Source: Rhodothermales bacterium (GTDB lineage: Bacteria; Bacteroidota; Rhodothermia; Rhodothermales; BA12). From it: a DNA stretch of 64,000 bases. This document shows positions 49,345-59,447 of the stretch, piece after piece (position 1 is the stretch's first letter; the number at the start of each line of letters is the position of its first letter). The stretch lies in the NCBI GenBank assembly GCA_963793245.1, contig CAWBZG010000005.1, positions 569,050 to 633,049 on the forward strand, given 5' to 3'. The position numbers and the translations under genes were made by a program. The notes beneath the pieces were generated by a model. The model searched no databases. It had not been told where the DNA came from and was given only the letters and a program-made list of their open reading frames with translations.

Positions 49345-50136
49345 ATGTCCGCATTCGCAGGCCAGACTATTCTCATCACCGGCGCCTCTAGCGGCATCGG
49401 CGAAGCCTTCGTCCGCCACCTCATCCCGCTCGACGCCACACTGATCCTGACGGCGCGCTCCGAGGAGAAGCTCAACCAGTTGGCCGAAACCGCAAGGGCA
49501 TCCGGGACCGAAGCCCACGTCTACCCGCTCGACCTAGGACAACCCGGAGCCGCGCAGACGCTCTTCGACCAGACGACCGCAGATGGCCACGGCGTCGACG
49601 TCCTGCTCAACAACGCAGGTTTTGGGCTGACTGGCCGGCTGGAAAGCCTGGAAGCCGCCGAGTTGACGAACATGACGCAACTCAACGTCACGGCTGTCAC
49701 CGAACTGGCTCGGCTCTACGGCGAGTCGATGCTTGCACGCGGGCGAGGGGGCATCCTCAATGTGGCGTCGACGGCAGCGTTTATGCCGATTCCCTACTTC
49801 GCGGTCTACGCGGCGACGAAGCACTACGTCAAGGCGTTTTCCGAAGCGCTGCACGAAGAGTGGAAAGGGCGAGGCGTGACGGTCACCTGCCTGTGCCCCG
49901 GCGCCACCAAGACCGGATTCGGCGACCGGGCCGACATGAAGGCGAGCTTTTTCGAAAACGGCGAGACGCCCGAGAAAGTCGCCCGCGTTGGACTTGAGGC
50001 GCTGGCGCGGGGCGAGCGCACGGTGATCAGCGGCGCGGCCAACGCAGCGATGGCAAACGTGGCGCGGCTGCTGCCGTCGGGCGTGTCGGCTAAGCTGGCG
50101 GCTCAGATGTTTGCGCCCGGCGACGAGGCGTCGTAA
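49345..50136 (+). CDS. Short-chain dehydrogenase/reductase (SDR)
   Basis: TGASSGIG cofactor motif, a catalytic YAATK motif, and 263 aa. Confidence 0.8.
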   Translation: MSAFAGQTILITGASSGIGEAFVRHLIPLDATLILTARSEEKLNQLAETARASGTEAHVYPLDLGQPGAAQTLFDQTTADGHGVDVLLNNAGFGLTGRLESLEAAELTNMTQLNVTAVTELARLYGESMLARGRGGILNVASTAAFMPIPYFAVYAATKHYVKAFSEALHEEWKGRGVTVTCLCPGATKTGFGDRADMKASFFENGETPEKVARVGLEALARGERTVISGAANAAMANVARLLPSGVSAKLAAQMFAPGDEAS

Positions 50137-50258
50137 CCTTTACGTCGCACGTTTGGACCCCACATCGACACGTGCGCCCGGCGCGATGTAAGCGCTTACC
50201 ACGCGGCGAAGTATCTTCGTCGTTCCCCATTGCACTATCTCTCCCCTATCCGATCCGC

Positions 50259-52292
50259 ATGACCACGCGTCAGAAACTCGAAGCCGTCTCCCAGAACCTC
50301 TGGTGGAGCTGGAATCCCAACGCCCGCGACCTCTTCCGCGACATCGCGCCCGACGTATACGAGTCGAGCACGCACGCGCCCCTCGCCGCCCTGAAAGCTG
50401 CCTCGGACAACACGCTGAACGACGCCAAAGTCGCGGATCGCATCGACGCTGTCTACGCCGACTTCCGCTCCTACATGGAGACGCCCGGATCCAAAGCCAA
50501 CGCTCCGGCGACGGCCTACTTCTGCATGGAATACGGTCTGCACGAAAGCCTCGCGCTCTACTCGGGCGGTCTGGGCATTCTCGCAGGCGACCACTGCAAG
50601 GCTGCGTCGGACCTGAGCGTGCCGTTCACGGCTGTCGGCCTGCTGCTGCGCGATGGCTACTTCAAGCAGAAGTTCGACACCGTCGGCTGGCAGGTCGAGG
50701 AGTATCCGGTTCTCGACCCCGCCGACCATCCGATGACGCTGCTGACCGGACGCAACGGCGAGCCGCGACGCGTGACCGTTCACCTGGGCGGCGAAGCCCT
50801 GCGGCTGCAAGCGTGGGAGTTGAACGTCGGACGCACGCGCCTGCTGCTGCTCGACTCGGACCACGACGAAAACCCGGCTCACCTGCGCCCGCTGACGCGC
50901 AAACTCTACCAGGGCGACCGCCGCATCCGACTCCAGCAAGAGATCGTATTGGGCATCGGCGGACTGCGGATGCTGCGCGCGCTCAACAGCGCCGCCGAAG
51001 TCTACCACCTCAACGAAGGCCACTGCGCGTTCCTCCTGTTCGAGTTGATGCGCGAGCGCATGGCGACGGGCGAGACGCGCGAGCAGGCCACTCAATGGGT
51101 CCACGATCACTGCGTGTTCACGACGCACACGCCGGTTCTGGCCGGGCACGACCGCTTCGAGCCGGACCTGCTGCTGGGCCAGTTGTGGAAGATGCGCGAC
51201 GCGCTCCACCTGAGCGACGAGCAGATCCTCGCCTATGGACGCGTCAAGCCCGACGATCATCAGGAGTGGTTCACGATGACTGTTCTCGGCCTCAACCTGA
51301 CGCGCGCCGCTAACGGCGTCAGCAAGCTCAACGGCGAAGTCGCCCGCGAGCAATGGACGCAACTCTACCCCGACCGCAAAACCGCCGAAGTGCCCATCGG
51401 CCACGTCACCAACGGCATCCACCTGCCGACGTGGACAGCGCAGCCCGCCCGCGAATTCGCCAGCAAGCATCTAGGCGATTGGGAAGCCGACCGCATCGCG
51501 CCGACGTTCTGGCAGAAGATCGACCAAGTATCAGACGCCGACGTGTGGGCGCTCCGCAGCGCGCTCCGCAAGCGCCTCGTCGACTTCGCCAAACAGCACG
51601 TCGCCGAGCAGACGATGAAGCAGACGTTCGGCCTAGACCCCGACACGCTGACCATCGGCTTCGCTCGCCGCTTCGCCACGTACAAGCGCGCGCCACTGTT
51701 CTTTCACGATGTCGAGCGGGCAGGCAAGATCCTGTCCAATGCGGATCGTCCGGTCCAACTGATCTACGCCGGTAAAGCCCACCCCGCCGACGAGGGCGGC
51801 AAGCGCTTTATCCAGCAGATCTACGGCATGACGCAGGAAGCGCCGTTCGAGGGCCGCGTGCTGTTCTTGGAGAACTACAACATGGAGATCGGACGGATGC
51901 TCGTCAGCGGCTGCGACGTGTGGCTCAACAACCCGCGCCGTCCGATGGAAGCGTCGGGCACGAGCGGCCAGAAAGTCAGCGCACACGGCGGCCTCAACCT
52001 GTCGATCCTCGACGGCTGGTGGCCCGAAGGCTACGACGGCAGCAACGGCTGGTCCATCGGCGACGACGACTCGGCGCAGATCGCGTCCGACCCGAGCAAG
52101 CAGGACCGCGACGACGCCGAGTTCCTCTACTCGACCATCGAAAACTCGGTCGTCCCCGAGTTCTACGACCGTACCGACGGCGTGCCCTCGCGCTGGGTCA
52201 CGCGGATGAAGAACGCCATGCGCGAGCTTCCCGCTCAGTTCAGCTCCGAACGCATGGTCGCCGACTACGTCGAGCAGATGTACGACGCCTAA
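50259..52292 (+). CDS. glgP: Alpha-glucan phosphorylase (GT35, GlgP/MalP short form)
   Basis: YFCMEYGLHESLALYSGGLGILAGDH motif. Confidence 0.85.
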   Translation: MTTRQKLEAVSQNLWWSWNPNARDLFRDIAPDVYESSTHAPLAALKAASDNTLNDAKVADRIDAVYADFRSYMETPGSKANAPATAYFCMEYGLHESLALYSGGLGILAGDHCKAASDLSVPFTAVGLLLRDGYFKQKFDTVGWQVEEYPVLDPADHPMTLLTGRNGEPRRVTVHLGGEALRLQAWELNVGRTRLLLLDSDHDENPAHLRPLTRKLYQGDRRIRLQQEIVLGIGGLRMLRALNSAAEVYHLNEGHCAFLLFELMRERMATGETREQATQWVHDHCVFTTHTPVLAGHDRFEPDLLLGQLWKMRDALHLSDEQILAYGRVKPDDHQEWFTMTVLGLNLTRAANGVSKLNGEVAREQWTQLYPDRKTAEVPIGHVTNGIHLPTWTAQPAREFASKHLGDWEADRIAPTFWQKIDQVSDADVWALRSALRKRLVDFAKQHVAEQTMKQTFGLDPDTLTIGFARRFATYKRAPLFFHDVERAGKILSNADRPVQLIYAGKAHPADEGGKRFIQQIYGMTQEAPFEGRVLFLENYNMEIGRMLVSGCDVWLNNPRRPMEASGTSGQKVSAHGGLNLSILDGWWPEGYDGSNGWSIGDDDSAQIASDPSKQDRDDAEFLYSTIENSVVPEFYDRTDGVPSRWVTRMKNAMRELPAQFSSERMVADYVEQMYDA

Positions 52293-52313
52293 TCGCAAGC
52301 GATCACTGAGCAT

Positions 52314-52357
52314 AGCGCCGCCGTCTCTCCTCGTGAGGGGCGGCGGTGTTTTCGTTT
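52314..52357 (+). terminator. Rho-independent terminator after glgP
   Basis: GC-rich hairpin CGCCGCC...GGCGGCG followed by TGTTTTCGTTT. Confidence 0.55.
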
Positions 52358-52443
52358 GGCCAGCCTCACCGCTAGCACGCGAAACACGCCCCGTCAATAT
52401 CGCGTGGGCCTTCGCGCTACGATCGCCTATCTGTATATCGGCC

Positions 52444-52947
52444 ATGACTGCCCGCGTGCTCTTCTCGCTCCTCATCATAACCGTCTCCTTGCCTATCACG
52501 GTAGAAGCGCAGACGTTCGACCTCAAACGTGGTTGGCTCGTGCGGGTACAGACCCAAGACGGTTCTACGCTTGCGGGTCACGTAGCAAGCACCTCGGATG
52601 ATTCGTTTGCGCTGCGTACCGATGGCGAGCTTCCGACTCGGGTCGAGTGGAGCCGAGTGGACGGCATCGAGCGTTATGCTCAAAATCCGACGAATGAGCT
52701 TATTGGGATGGGCGCGGGGCTGATCGTCGGGTCATTCGTAGCCGGGCAATTCATTTCTCTCTTATTCGCGGGCAGGCCGAGTTTGGACTTGGAGCATTTG
52801 CCTGAGCTGATGCTGTTTGGTTCACCGATTGGGATAGTCGTTGGCATGCCCATCGGCGGCGCCATCGGTGCCCGGAAGGGCATGCGCTGGGTCGACGTGC
52901 CGCCGGGAACGACGGCGCGCGGCGTCGGGCTGAAGATTCGGTTTTAG
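52444..52947 (+). CDS. Hypothetical secreted/membrane-anchored protein
   Basis: Signal peptide plus a C-terminal Gly-rich TM segment. Confidence 0.4.
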   Translation: MTARVLFSLLIITVSLPITVEAQTFDLKRGWLVRVQTQDGSTLAGHVASTSDDSFALRTDGELPTRVEWSRVDGIERYAQNPTNELIGMGAGLIVGSFVAGQFISLLFAGRPSLDLEHLPELMLFGSPIGIVVGMPIGGAIGARKGMRWVDVPPGTTARGVGLKIRF

Positions 52948-53606
52948 CCTGCTGCGATCAGCCCCAGCAGCGCGCGAACCTCGGCGTGCGAGTGGGCGAT
53001 GGCGTCGGCTCCGGCTTCGCGCAACGCATCAGCGTCAAACGTGCCGACAAGTCCAATCGTACGCGCTCCGGCTCCGCTAGCTGAGCGAATTCCCATTACG
53101 GCGTCTTCGATGGCGACGCAGTCCGACGCGTCCAGGCCGAGCAGCCGGGCACCGGTCGTGTAGGGCATCGGGTCCGGCTTGTAGCGGGTTACGTCGTCCG
53201 CCGTCACGACAGCATCGAAGTAGTCGTCTAATCCAAACTGAGCAAACGCGCTCTGCTGGCTCACACGCGCCGACGAGGTGACGAGCGCGGCTGCAATCCC
53301 CGCCTCTCGGACGGCACGCAGGGTGTCGAGCACGCCGTCGACGAGTTGCAACTCACCTTCGAGCGACTCCATGTGGCGGATCTTGCCCAGGCGCAACTCC
53401 TCTGCCGTAGCGCGGTCGCCTGCGTAGTCACGCGCGACGACTTCGTAGATCTCGAAGCCGGATCGTCCTTTGAACGTCGCCCACACATCAGCAGGAACGT
53501 GGATGTCGTACTCCTCGAAGAGCAGGTCTTTGGAGCGATCGTGCAGCGCTTCGCTGTCGAGGACGACGCCGTCCATGTCGAAGAGGATACCTCGGAAGTG
53601 GGTCAC
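52944..53606 (-). CDS. HAD-IA family hydrolase (β-phosphoglucomutase-like)
   Basis: FDMDGV motif I. Confidence 0.75.
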   Translation of the reverse strand: MTHFRGILFDMDGVVLDSEALHDRSKDLLFEEYDIHVPADVWATFKGRSGFEIYEVVARDYAGDRATAEELRLGKIRHMESLEGELQLVDGVLDTLRAVREAGIAAALVTSSARVSQQSAFAQFGLDDYFDAVVTADDVTRYKPDPMPYTTGARLLGLDASDCVAIEDAVMGIRSASGAGARTIGLVGTFDADALREAGADAIAHSHAEVRALLGLIAAG

Positions 53607-54433
53607 AACGCCTCTCGGCTGAACGTCCGCGACTCGCCTTGCTCAAATCGCCCGGCATCCGAGTCAAAATCCCACTCGTCGATCGTGAACTCCCTTTCGG
53701 TCACGCGAATGATGTTGAAGTAGTTACGGCCCGCATTGCTACCCCTTCCGCGCGACGATGTCGCCGTTCCCGCGCTCGCCACCACGACGCGATGTCCCTG
53801 CGCCGTCGTCGAGAGCCGACCGTTGGGCAGCACACGCGCCGCCTCGACGTGGGAGATGTGGAGGTGTCCGCACAGCACCAGATCGACGCGCGCCGACGCG
53901 GTCACCGCCAGCGTTTTCTGCGCGTTGCGCGCCACTTTGTGATCGCCGATCGCACGCAGCCGCAGCAGGTGATGATGCAGCATCAGGATCCGAAAGTCGT
54001 CCGGATTGCCGTCGCCAAAAAACGGGCGAATCGCCCCGCGCGCCGTCTGCCCCAGTCGTCCATTGGCAATCGTGCGCCCATGCGCGCTGTTGATGCCCAA
54101 GATCGATAACCCTTCGGCCTCATACGTCGGTGCCAGATCGGGCGAGATCATCCGTCGATACCGCGCCAGCGGGCGCAGCAGTCGACCCAGCGGATTCCAC
54201 CATTGGAGCGTGTCGTGGTTGCCCGGAACGACGAGTGTCGGCACGTCGAAACGCTCGATCAGCGCCCGCGCTTGCCGAAACTGGTCGGGACGAGCACGCT
54301 GCGTCAGATCGCCTGACAAGCACACGACATCCGCGCCTTGCGCCTGCATCGTCTCCACCATCGCGTCGACGATGCGTGGATGCCCGATCTTCCCAAAGTG
54401 AATGTCCGAAGCGTGCGCAATCGTGTGCGTCAT
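53603..54433 (-). CDS. Calcineurin-like metallophosphoesterase
   Basis: ASDIHFG...GDLTQ...GNHD motifs. Confidence 0.75.
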   Translation of the reverse strand: MTHTIAHASDIHFGKIGHPRIVDAMVETMQAQGADVVCLSGDLTQRARPDQFRQARALIERFDVPTLVVPGNHDTLQWWNPLGRLLRPLARYRRMISPDLAPTYEAEGLSILGINSAHGRTIANGRLGQTARGAIRPFFGDGNPDDFRILMLHHHLLRLRAIGDHKVARNAQKTLAVTASARVDLVLCGHLHISHVEAARVLPNGRLSTTAQGHRVVVASAGTATSSRGRGSNAGRNYFNIIRVTEREFTIDEWDFDSDAGRFEQGESRTFSREAL

Positions 54434-55866
54434 ACCAAAACCCCGTAAGGCCGATTCACGAATCGCCCTGGCTCAACGATCACAGCAACATCGTCATCGG
54501 CGCTTCGAGCAGGCCTCTTGACGGTGCCCAAGAACGCCGCGCCCGACGCACCATCTAACACGCGGTGATCACACGAGAGCGTGACTTTCATCCGCTTGCC
54601 CGGAACGACAGCGCCGTCCTTGACGACTGCCTCGTCACGGATGCCGCCAATGGCGAGGATCGCCGCGTTGGGCGGGTTGATGATGGCTGTAAACTCTTCG
54701 ATGCCAAACATGCCCAGGTTCGAGGTCGTGAACGTCGACCCGCTGAACTCTTCGGGCGCTAGCTTTTTGTCTTTGGCGCGGCCCGCCAGTTCGCGCGTCT
54801 CGGCTCCGATCTGCGCCAGTCCCTTGCGGTCGGCGTCGCGGATGACGGGCGTGAGCAGTCCGTCTTCGATGGCGACGGCGACGGCGACGTGCGCGTTCTT
54901 GTGGTAGCGGATCACGCCGCCCTCTTCGTCCCACGACGCGTTGACAGCCGGATGCTGCCCCAGCGCGACGGCGCACGCCTTGGTGACCAGGTCGTTGAAC
55001 GACACTTTGCCCCTCTCCTGCTCGGCTGCCACCTTGTTGATCTGCGAGCGAAACGCCATCGCCGCCCCCATGTCGATGTCGACCGTCAGGTAGAAGTGCG
55101 GCGCGGTGAACTTGCTCTGTGCCAGACGGCGCCCAATCGACTTGCGCATCTGCGAGATGGGCGTCGTGGTGAAGTCGCCTTCGGACGGAAGAGCGGGAGC
55201 CTGCGGCTTGGCCGGAGCGGACTTCGCGGGCTGTGCAGCCGGAGCGCTTTGCTGCTGAGCAGAAGCCTTGTGACCTTCGATGTCGCGGCGGACGATGCGC
55301 CCATCCGTGCCCGTCCCGCTCACGCCCGACAGGTCGATGCCGCGCTCCTTCGCCATCGCACGCGCCAACGGCGATGCCTTGATGCGCCCGCCTTCTGTCG
55401 TGCTGCTGCCAGAGGCCTGCTGCGGCTGACTGGCTGGCTGTGCGCTGTCGGCTGCTGCCGAAGGTGCGTCGAGGGTATCGCCTTCGTGCGTGCGGTTGGT
55501 CGGAACGGTTTGGCCTTCTTGGTGATCGCCTTCGACGGCGGAATCAGGCGCATCGGTTTCGGTCGCTTCGGCCTGCTGACCGGTCGCACCGCCGCCGTAC
55601 TTGGCGAGAATGCCCGAGATGTCTTCGCCTTCTTTCCCCAAGACCGCGATCAGTCCGCCGATAGGGATGCCCGCGCCTTCTTCGACCAGCTTTTTGAGCA
55701 GCACGCCGTCGTCGTAGACCTCCAGGTCCATCGTGGCCTTGTCGGTTTCGACCTGCGCGATCACGTCGCCGGACGAAACGGCGTCGCCTTCGTTGGCGAG
55801 CCACGCGGAGAGGACGCCCTCTTCCATCGTGTCGCTCATTTTGGGCATTTCGACGGGGATAGCCAT
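54430..55866 (-). CDS. Dihydrolipoamide acyltransferase, the E2 component of a 2-oxo-acid dehydrogenase complex
   Basis: Lipoyl domain (ETDKATMDL), a PSBD, and a catalytic DHRVLDGA motif. Confidence 0.9.
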   Translation of the reverse strand: MAIPVEMPKMSDTMEEGVLSAWLANEGDAVSSGDVIAQVETDKATMDLEVYDDGVLLKKLVEEGAGIPIGGLIAVLGKEGEDISGILAKYGGGATGQQAEATETDAPDSAVEGDHQEGQTVPTNRTHEGDTLDAPSAAADSAQPASQPQQASGSSTTEGGRIKASPLARAMAKERGIDLSGVSGTGTDGRIVRRDIEGHKASAQQQSAPAAQPAKSAPAKPQAPALPSEGDFTTTPISQMRKSIGRRLAQSKFTAPHFYLTVDIDMGAAMAFRSQINKVAAEQERGKVSFNDLVTKACAVALGQHPAVNASWDEEGGVIRYHKNAHVAVAVAIEDGLLTPVIRDADRKGLAQIGAETRELAGRAKDKKLAPEEFSGSTFTTSNLGMFGIEEFTAIINPPNAAILAIGGIRDEAVVKDGAVVPGKRMKVTLSCDHRVLDGASGAAFLGTVKRPARSADDDVAVIVEPGRFVNRPYGVLV

Positions 55867-55917
55867 GTCGGTCGGGGTCGGGTGTGGGGCGAGGTGGGAG
55901 TGAGACCGAAGCCTCAT

Positions 55918-56000
55918 GTCATCCCGAGCCTGTCGAGGGATCTCTCGAAGTTAGCCGCGACCACGGAGGTCGCTGGCTCGCCTCGCTCGCTCAGGATGAC
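55918..56000 (-). repeat. Structured intergenic repeat element, copy A, with GTCATCCCGAGC…GCTCAGGATGAC terminal inverted repeats
   Basis: Shares its termini and an internal TGTCGAGGGATCTC..CGAAGT.AGCCG core with copy B. The C·A / U·G asymmetry suggests an RNA hairpin on the minus-strand transcript. Confidence 0.6.
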
Positions 56001-56012
56001 GAGGTAAAAGAT

Positions 56013-56993
56013 TTAGACGTACAGCACGGCTTTCACCGCGTCGATGACGTCCTGCGTCTGCGGCATGTAGTGCGCGATCAGGTTCTTGGCGTACGGCGCC
56101 GGGATGTCCTTGGCCGTTACGCGCATGATCGGCGCGTCGAGGTGGTCGAAGCAGCGCTCCTGAATCTGATAGGTGATCTCGCTAGCGACCGACGCAAACG
56201 GGTTGCTCTCGTCGACGATGACGAGCCGGTTGGTCTTGCGGACACTGTCGGCGACCGTTTCGATGTCGAACGGGCGGATCGTGCGCGGGTCGATGACCGT
56301 CGCTTCGATGCCGTCCTTGGCGAGTTCGTCGGCGGCTTCGATGGCGCGCCAGTAGCTCTTGTTGTGGGCGACGATGGTCACGTCCTTACCCTCACGCGCG
56401 ACGCGCGCTTTGCCGATCGGGATCAGGTAGTCTTCGGCGTCGGACACTTCGCCTTTGAGTCCGAACATCAGCTCGGATTCGAGAAAGACGATGGGGTCGT
56501 CGTCGCGGATGGCGGATTTGAGCAAGCCTTTGGCGTCGTCCGGGTTCGAGACCGAGATGACTTTGAGGCCGGGGAACGTGGCGTAGATGCTCTCGACCGA
56601 CGTGTTGTGCGTTGCGGCGAGTTGCCCGGCGGCTCCGTTGGCACCACGGAAGACGATAGGCATCGCAAACTGGCCGTCGCTCATGTAGCGGATTTTGGCG
56701 GCGTTGTTGATGATCTGATCAATGGCGACGAACGCGAAGTTCCAGGTCATGAACTCGATGATCGGACGCAGCCCGTTCATCGCCGCGCCGACGGCCAAGC
56801 CGCTGAAGCCGTTTTCCGAGATCGGCGTGTCGATGATGCGCTTGGGACCGAACTGGTCGAGCATCCCTTCGGACACTTTGTACGCGCCGTTGTACTCGGC
56901 GACTTCCTCGCCCATCAGGAAGACGCGTTCGTCGCGCACCATCTCTTCGGTCATCGCGTCGCGGAGTGCTTCGCGGAATTGCAGCATTGCCAT
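56013..56993 (-). CDS. pdhB: 2-oxo-acid (pyruvate/branched-chain) dehydrogenase E1 beta subunit
   Basis: Transketolase-like C-terminal domains and 326 aa. Confidence 0.9.
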   Translation of the reverse strand: MAMLQFREALRDAMTEEMVRDERVFLMGEEVAEYNGAYKVSEGMLDQFGPKRIIDTPISENGFSGLAVGAAMNGLRPIIEFMTWNFAFVAIDQIINNAAKIRYMSDGQFAMPIVFRGANGAAGQLAATHNTSVESIYATFPGLKVISVSNPDDAKGLLKSAIRDDDPIVFLESELMFGLKGEVSDAEDYLIPIGKARVAREGKDVTIVAHNKSYWRAIEAADELAKDGIEATVIDPRTIRPFDIETVADSVRKTNRLVIVDESNPFASVASEITYQIQERCFDHLDAPIMRVTAKDIPAPYAKNLIAHYMPQTQDVIDAVKAVLYV

Positions 56994-57028
56994 CGGTTCT
57001 AGTCTTGATTTGTCGGGCCGCCGATCTT

Positions 57029-57103
57029 GTCATCCCGAGCTTGTCGAGGGATCTCCGAAGTAAGCCGAAAAGACGGGGTTCCTTCGGCTTCGCTCAGGAT
57101 GAC
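57029..57103 (-). repeat. Structured intergenic repeat element, copy B
   Basis: See copy A. It contains a nested AGCCGAA…TTCGGCT hairpin. Confidence 0.6.
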
Positions 57104-57127
57104 GGGTGAAAAGTGGGAACGCGAGCG

Positions 57128-58240
57128 CTACGAGATAAACGGGTAGTCCTTCTGCGAGTAGACGTTTTCGTACGCCGTCTCGATACCGGGCAGCGGGCTG
57201 TTGTCCGCAAACTCGACGGCTTTCAGGACGACCTCTTTGGTCTCGTCATCGATGGCGTCGAGTTCGTCCGACGTCGCGAGCTTGTGGCCGACCATGTAGG
57301 CCTTGAGGCGCAGGATCGGATCCTCGTCCTTCTTGGCGTCCATCTCCTCCTTGGTACGGTAGTTCTGTGGGTCCGACATCGAGTGGCCGCGGTAGCGGTA
57401 CGTCTTCATCTCGATCAGCGACGGCTTCCCTTCGCGCGCCATCTCGACGTGATCGCGCAGCGCCTTGGTGACGGTCAAAACGTCCATCCCGTCGACAACC
57501 GACGAGGCGATGTCGTAGCCCACGGCCAAGCGGCTGAACTCGGGCTGGCCGAACGCGCGCTCGGTCGAGGTGCCCATCGCGTAGTTGTTGTTCTCGATCA
57601 CGACGACGACCGGCAGCTTGTAGAGCGACGCCAGGTTGAGCGCTTCGTGGACCGCGCCCTGACCGACGGCTCCGTCGCCCAAGAACACGATGCAGACGCC
57701 GCCGTCCTCTTTGTACTTGTGCGCGAACGCGATGCCGACGCCGACCGGCACGTGCGCGCCGACGATGCCGTGCCCGCCGAACATGCCGACTTCCTTCTTG
57801 AAGTAGTGCATCGACCCGCCCTTGCCGCGCGAGCTTCCGCCGACTTTGCCAAAGAGTTCGGCCATGCACTCGTCCGGCGTCATGCCCAGCGCGAGTCCGA
57901 TACCGTGATCGCGATAGGCCGTAATCACGCTGTCGTCGCCGACCTTGAGTGCGTTGACCGTTCCTGTCGAGACGGCTTCTTGTCCGATGTAGAGGTGGAG
58001 GAAACCAGCGATCTTCTGCTTGCCGTACATCTGGGCCGCGCGCTCTTCGAACCGCCGCTGGAGCGTCATCGAGCGGTACGTCTCGCGCAGGTCGTCAGCC
58101 GACATGCCGAGTTCTTCGTGACCGAAGGCGCCGCCTTTGTAGTGGTTGAACGTGAACTCGACGGTCTCGGCCACCACGCCGCCTTTCTTCTTGGGCGCGC
58201 GCTTGCGAGCGGCGCGGGGTTTCGATGCAGTTTCGGCCAT
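57128..58240 (-). CDS. pdhA: 2-oxo-acid dehydrogenase E1 alpha subunit (TPP-binding)
   Basis: TPP motif GDGA..QG and 370 aa from MAETASKP. Confidence 0.88.
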   Translation of the reverse strand: MAETASKPRAARKRAPKKKGGVVAETVEFTFNHYKGGAFGHEELGMSADDLRETYRSMTLQRRFEERAAQMYGKQKIAGFLHLYIGQEAVSTGTVNALKVGDDSVITAYRDHGIGLALGMTPDECMAELFGKVGGSSRGKGGSMHYFKKEVGMFGGHGIVGAHVPVGVGIAFAHKYKEDGGVCIVFLGDGAVGQGAVHEALNLASLYKLPVVVVIENNNYAMGTSTERAFGQPEFSRLAVGYDIASSVVDGMDVLTVTKALRDHVEMAREGKPSLIEMKTYRYRGHSMSDPQNYRTKEEMDAKKDEDPILRLKAYMVGHKLATSDELDAIDDETKEVVLKAVEFADNSPLPGIETAYENVYSQKDYPFIS

Positions 58241-58486
58241 GAGGGAGAGAAAAGACTTCGCGGGCAGGACGGTAGGATGGAGCGCACGACGGACGGTCGG
58301 TGTTCCAAAACCCAAGATACCCGCTCCGTACGGCTCCCAAGACCTACTTGTCCCCCGACGGAATCGGCTTCACACGCCCTTCTATGGGAAGCGCTTCCAG
58401 ACGAGTCACTGCGTTGCGATCGTTATCTTCGCCGGTTCTCGCCACCGCCCCAACTGCTCGCTCCCGTGTCGCTCCCGCCGCCCGAA

Positions 58487-59275
58487 ATGGACTCGTCCGG
58501 CTTCGTACCGTCAGACCTGGCTGCTTCGCCTGATCTGCTGCCCCAAGTGAGAGGCCGCGCCATCGTCATCGTGCCGACGTACAACGAGGCGCAGAACGTC
58601 GAGGTCGTCATCGACCGCGTGCTGGAGCAGCCCGGCCACTTCGACATCCTCATCGTCGACGATGGATCGCCCGATGGAACGGCTGGCCTGGTCCGCAAGG
58701 CGATGGATGAGCACCCCGAACGCGTCCACCTGATTGAGCGCGAAGGAAAACTGGGGTTGGGGACAGCCTATCTCGCTGGATTCGGCTGGGCGCTGTCGCA
58801 CGATTACACGTACGTGCTCGAGATGGACGCCGACCTCTCGCACAACCCCGCCGACCTGCCCGCGCTGCTGGCCCCCGTAGCGATGGACGACGCCGACCTC
58901 GCCATCGGCTCGCGCTACCTGGGCGGCGTCCGGGTAATGAACTGGCCGCTGACACGCCTGATGCTCAGCTACGGTGCGGGGATGTACACGCGCGCTATCA
59001 CCAATCTGCCGGTTCAGGACGTAACCGCAGGCTTCAAGTGCTTCCACCGCCGCGTACTTGAGGCCATCGACCTGAGCAGCGTAAAGTCGAACGGTTACTC
59101 GTTTCAGGTCGAGATGAACTACCGCGCGTGGCGCAAAGGCTTCCGGCTGTCCGAAGTGCCCATCGTATTCACCGAACGGACGGAGGGACAGAGCAAAATG
59201 AGCAAAGGCATCGTCCGCGAGGCCGCATTCAAAGTGTGGGAGTTGCGGCTACGGGCGCTGACGGGGCGGCTGTGA
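58487..59275 (+). CDS. Polyprenol-phosphate mannose/glucose synthase-like GT2 glycosyltransferase (DPM1-like)
   Basis: IVIVPTYNEAQN...VDDGSPDGT GT2 signature. The long 57113..59275 ORF upstream of it is an antisense artefact. Confidence 0.8.
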   Translation: MDSSGFVPSDLAASPDLLPQVRGRAIVIVPTYNEAQNVEVVIDRVLEQPGHFDILIVDDGSPDGTAGLVRKAMDEHPERVHLIEREGKLGLGTAYLAGFGWALSHDYTYVLEMDADLSHNPADLPALLAPVAMDDADLAIGSRYLGGVRVMNWPLTRLMLSYGAGMYTRAITNLPVQDVTAGFKCFHRRVLEAIDLSSVKSNGYSFQVEMNYRAWRKGFRLSEVPIVFTERTEGQSKMSKGIVREAAFKVWELRLRALTGRL

Positions 59276-59447
59276 ATCGGCACGAGTGCTGAATACAAGC
59301 GGCGACTTCGCCTTCCGTCGCTCAAACGGGCTTGTATCCTGGGGCGGTATCCTCGTCTCTACCTCAGTAGCGAGACCCTCTTATCAGACTGATCGCATCC
59401 GTTGACTAAACCATACGACGTACTCAAACGCGCAGCCGACGTAGCTC

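Noticed and set aside
57113-59275. 720-aa plus-strand ORF
   Set aside because: It is an artefactual fusion. The first ~450 codons are antisense to pdhA. Only the last 262 aa, from the ATG at 58487, form a real GT2 gene.
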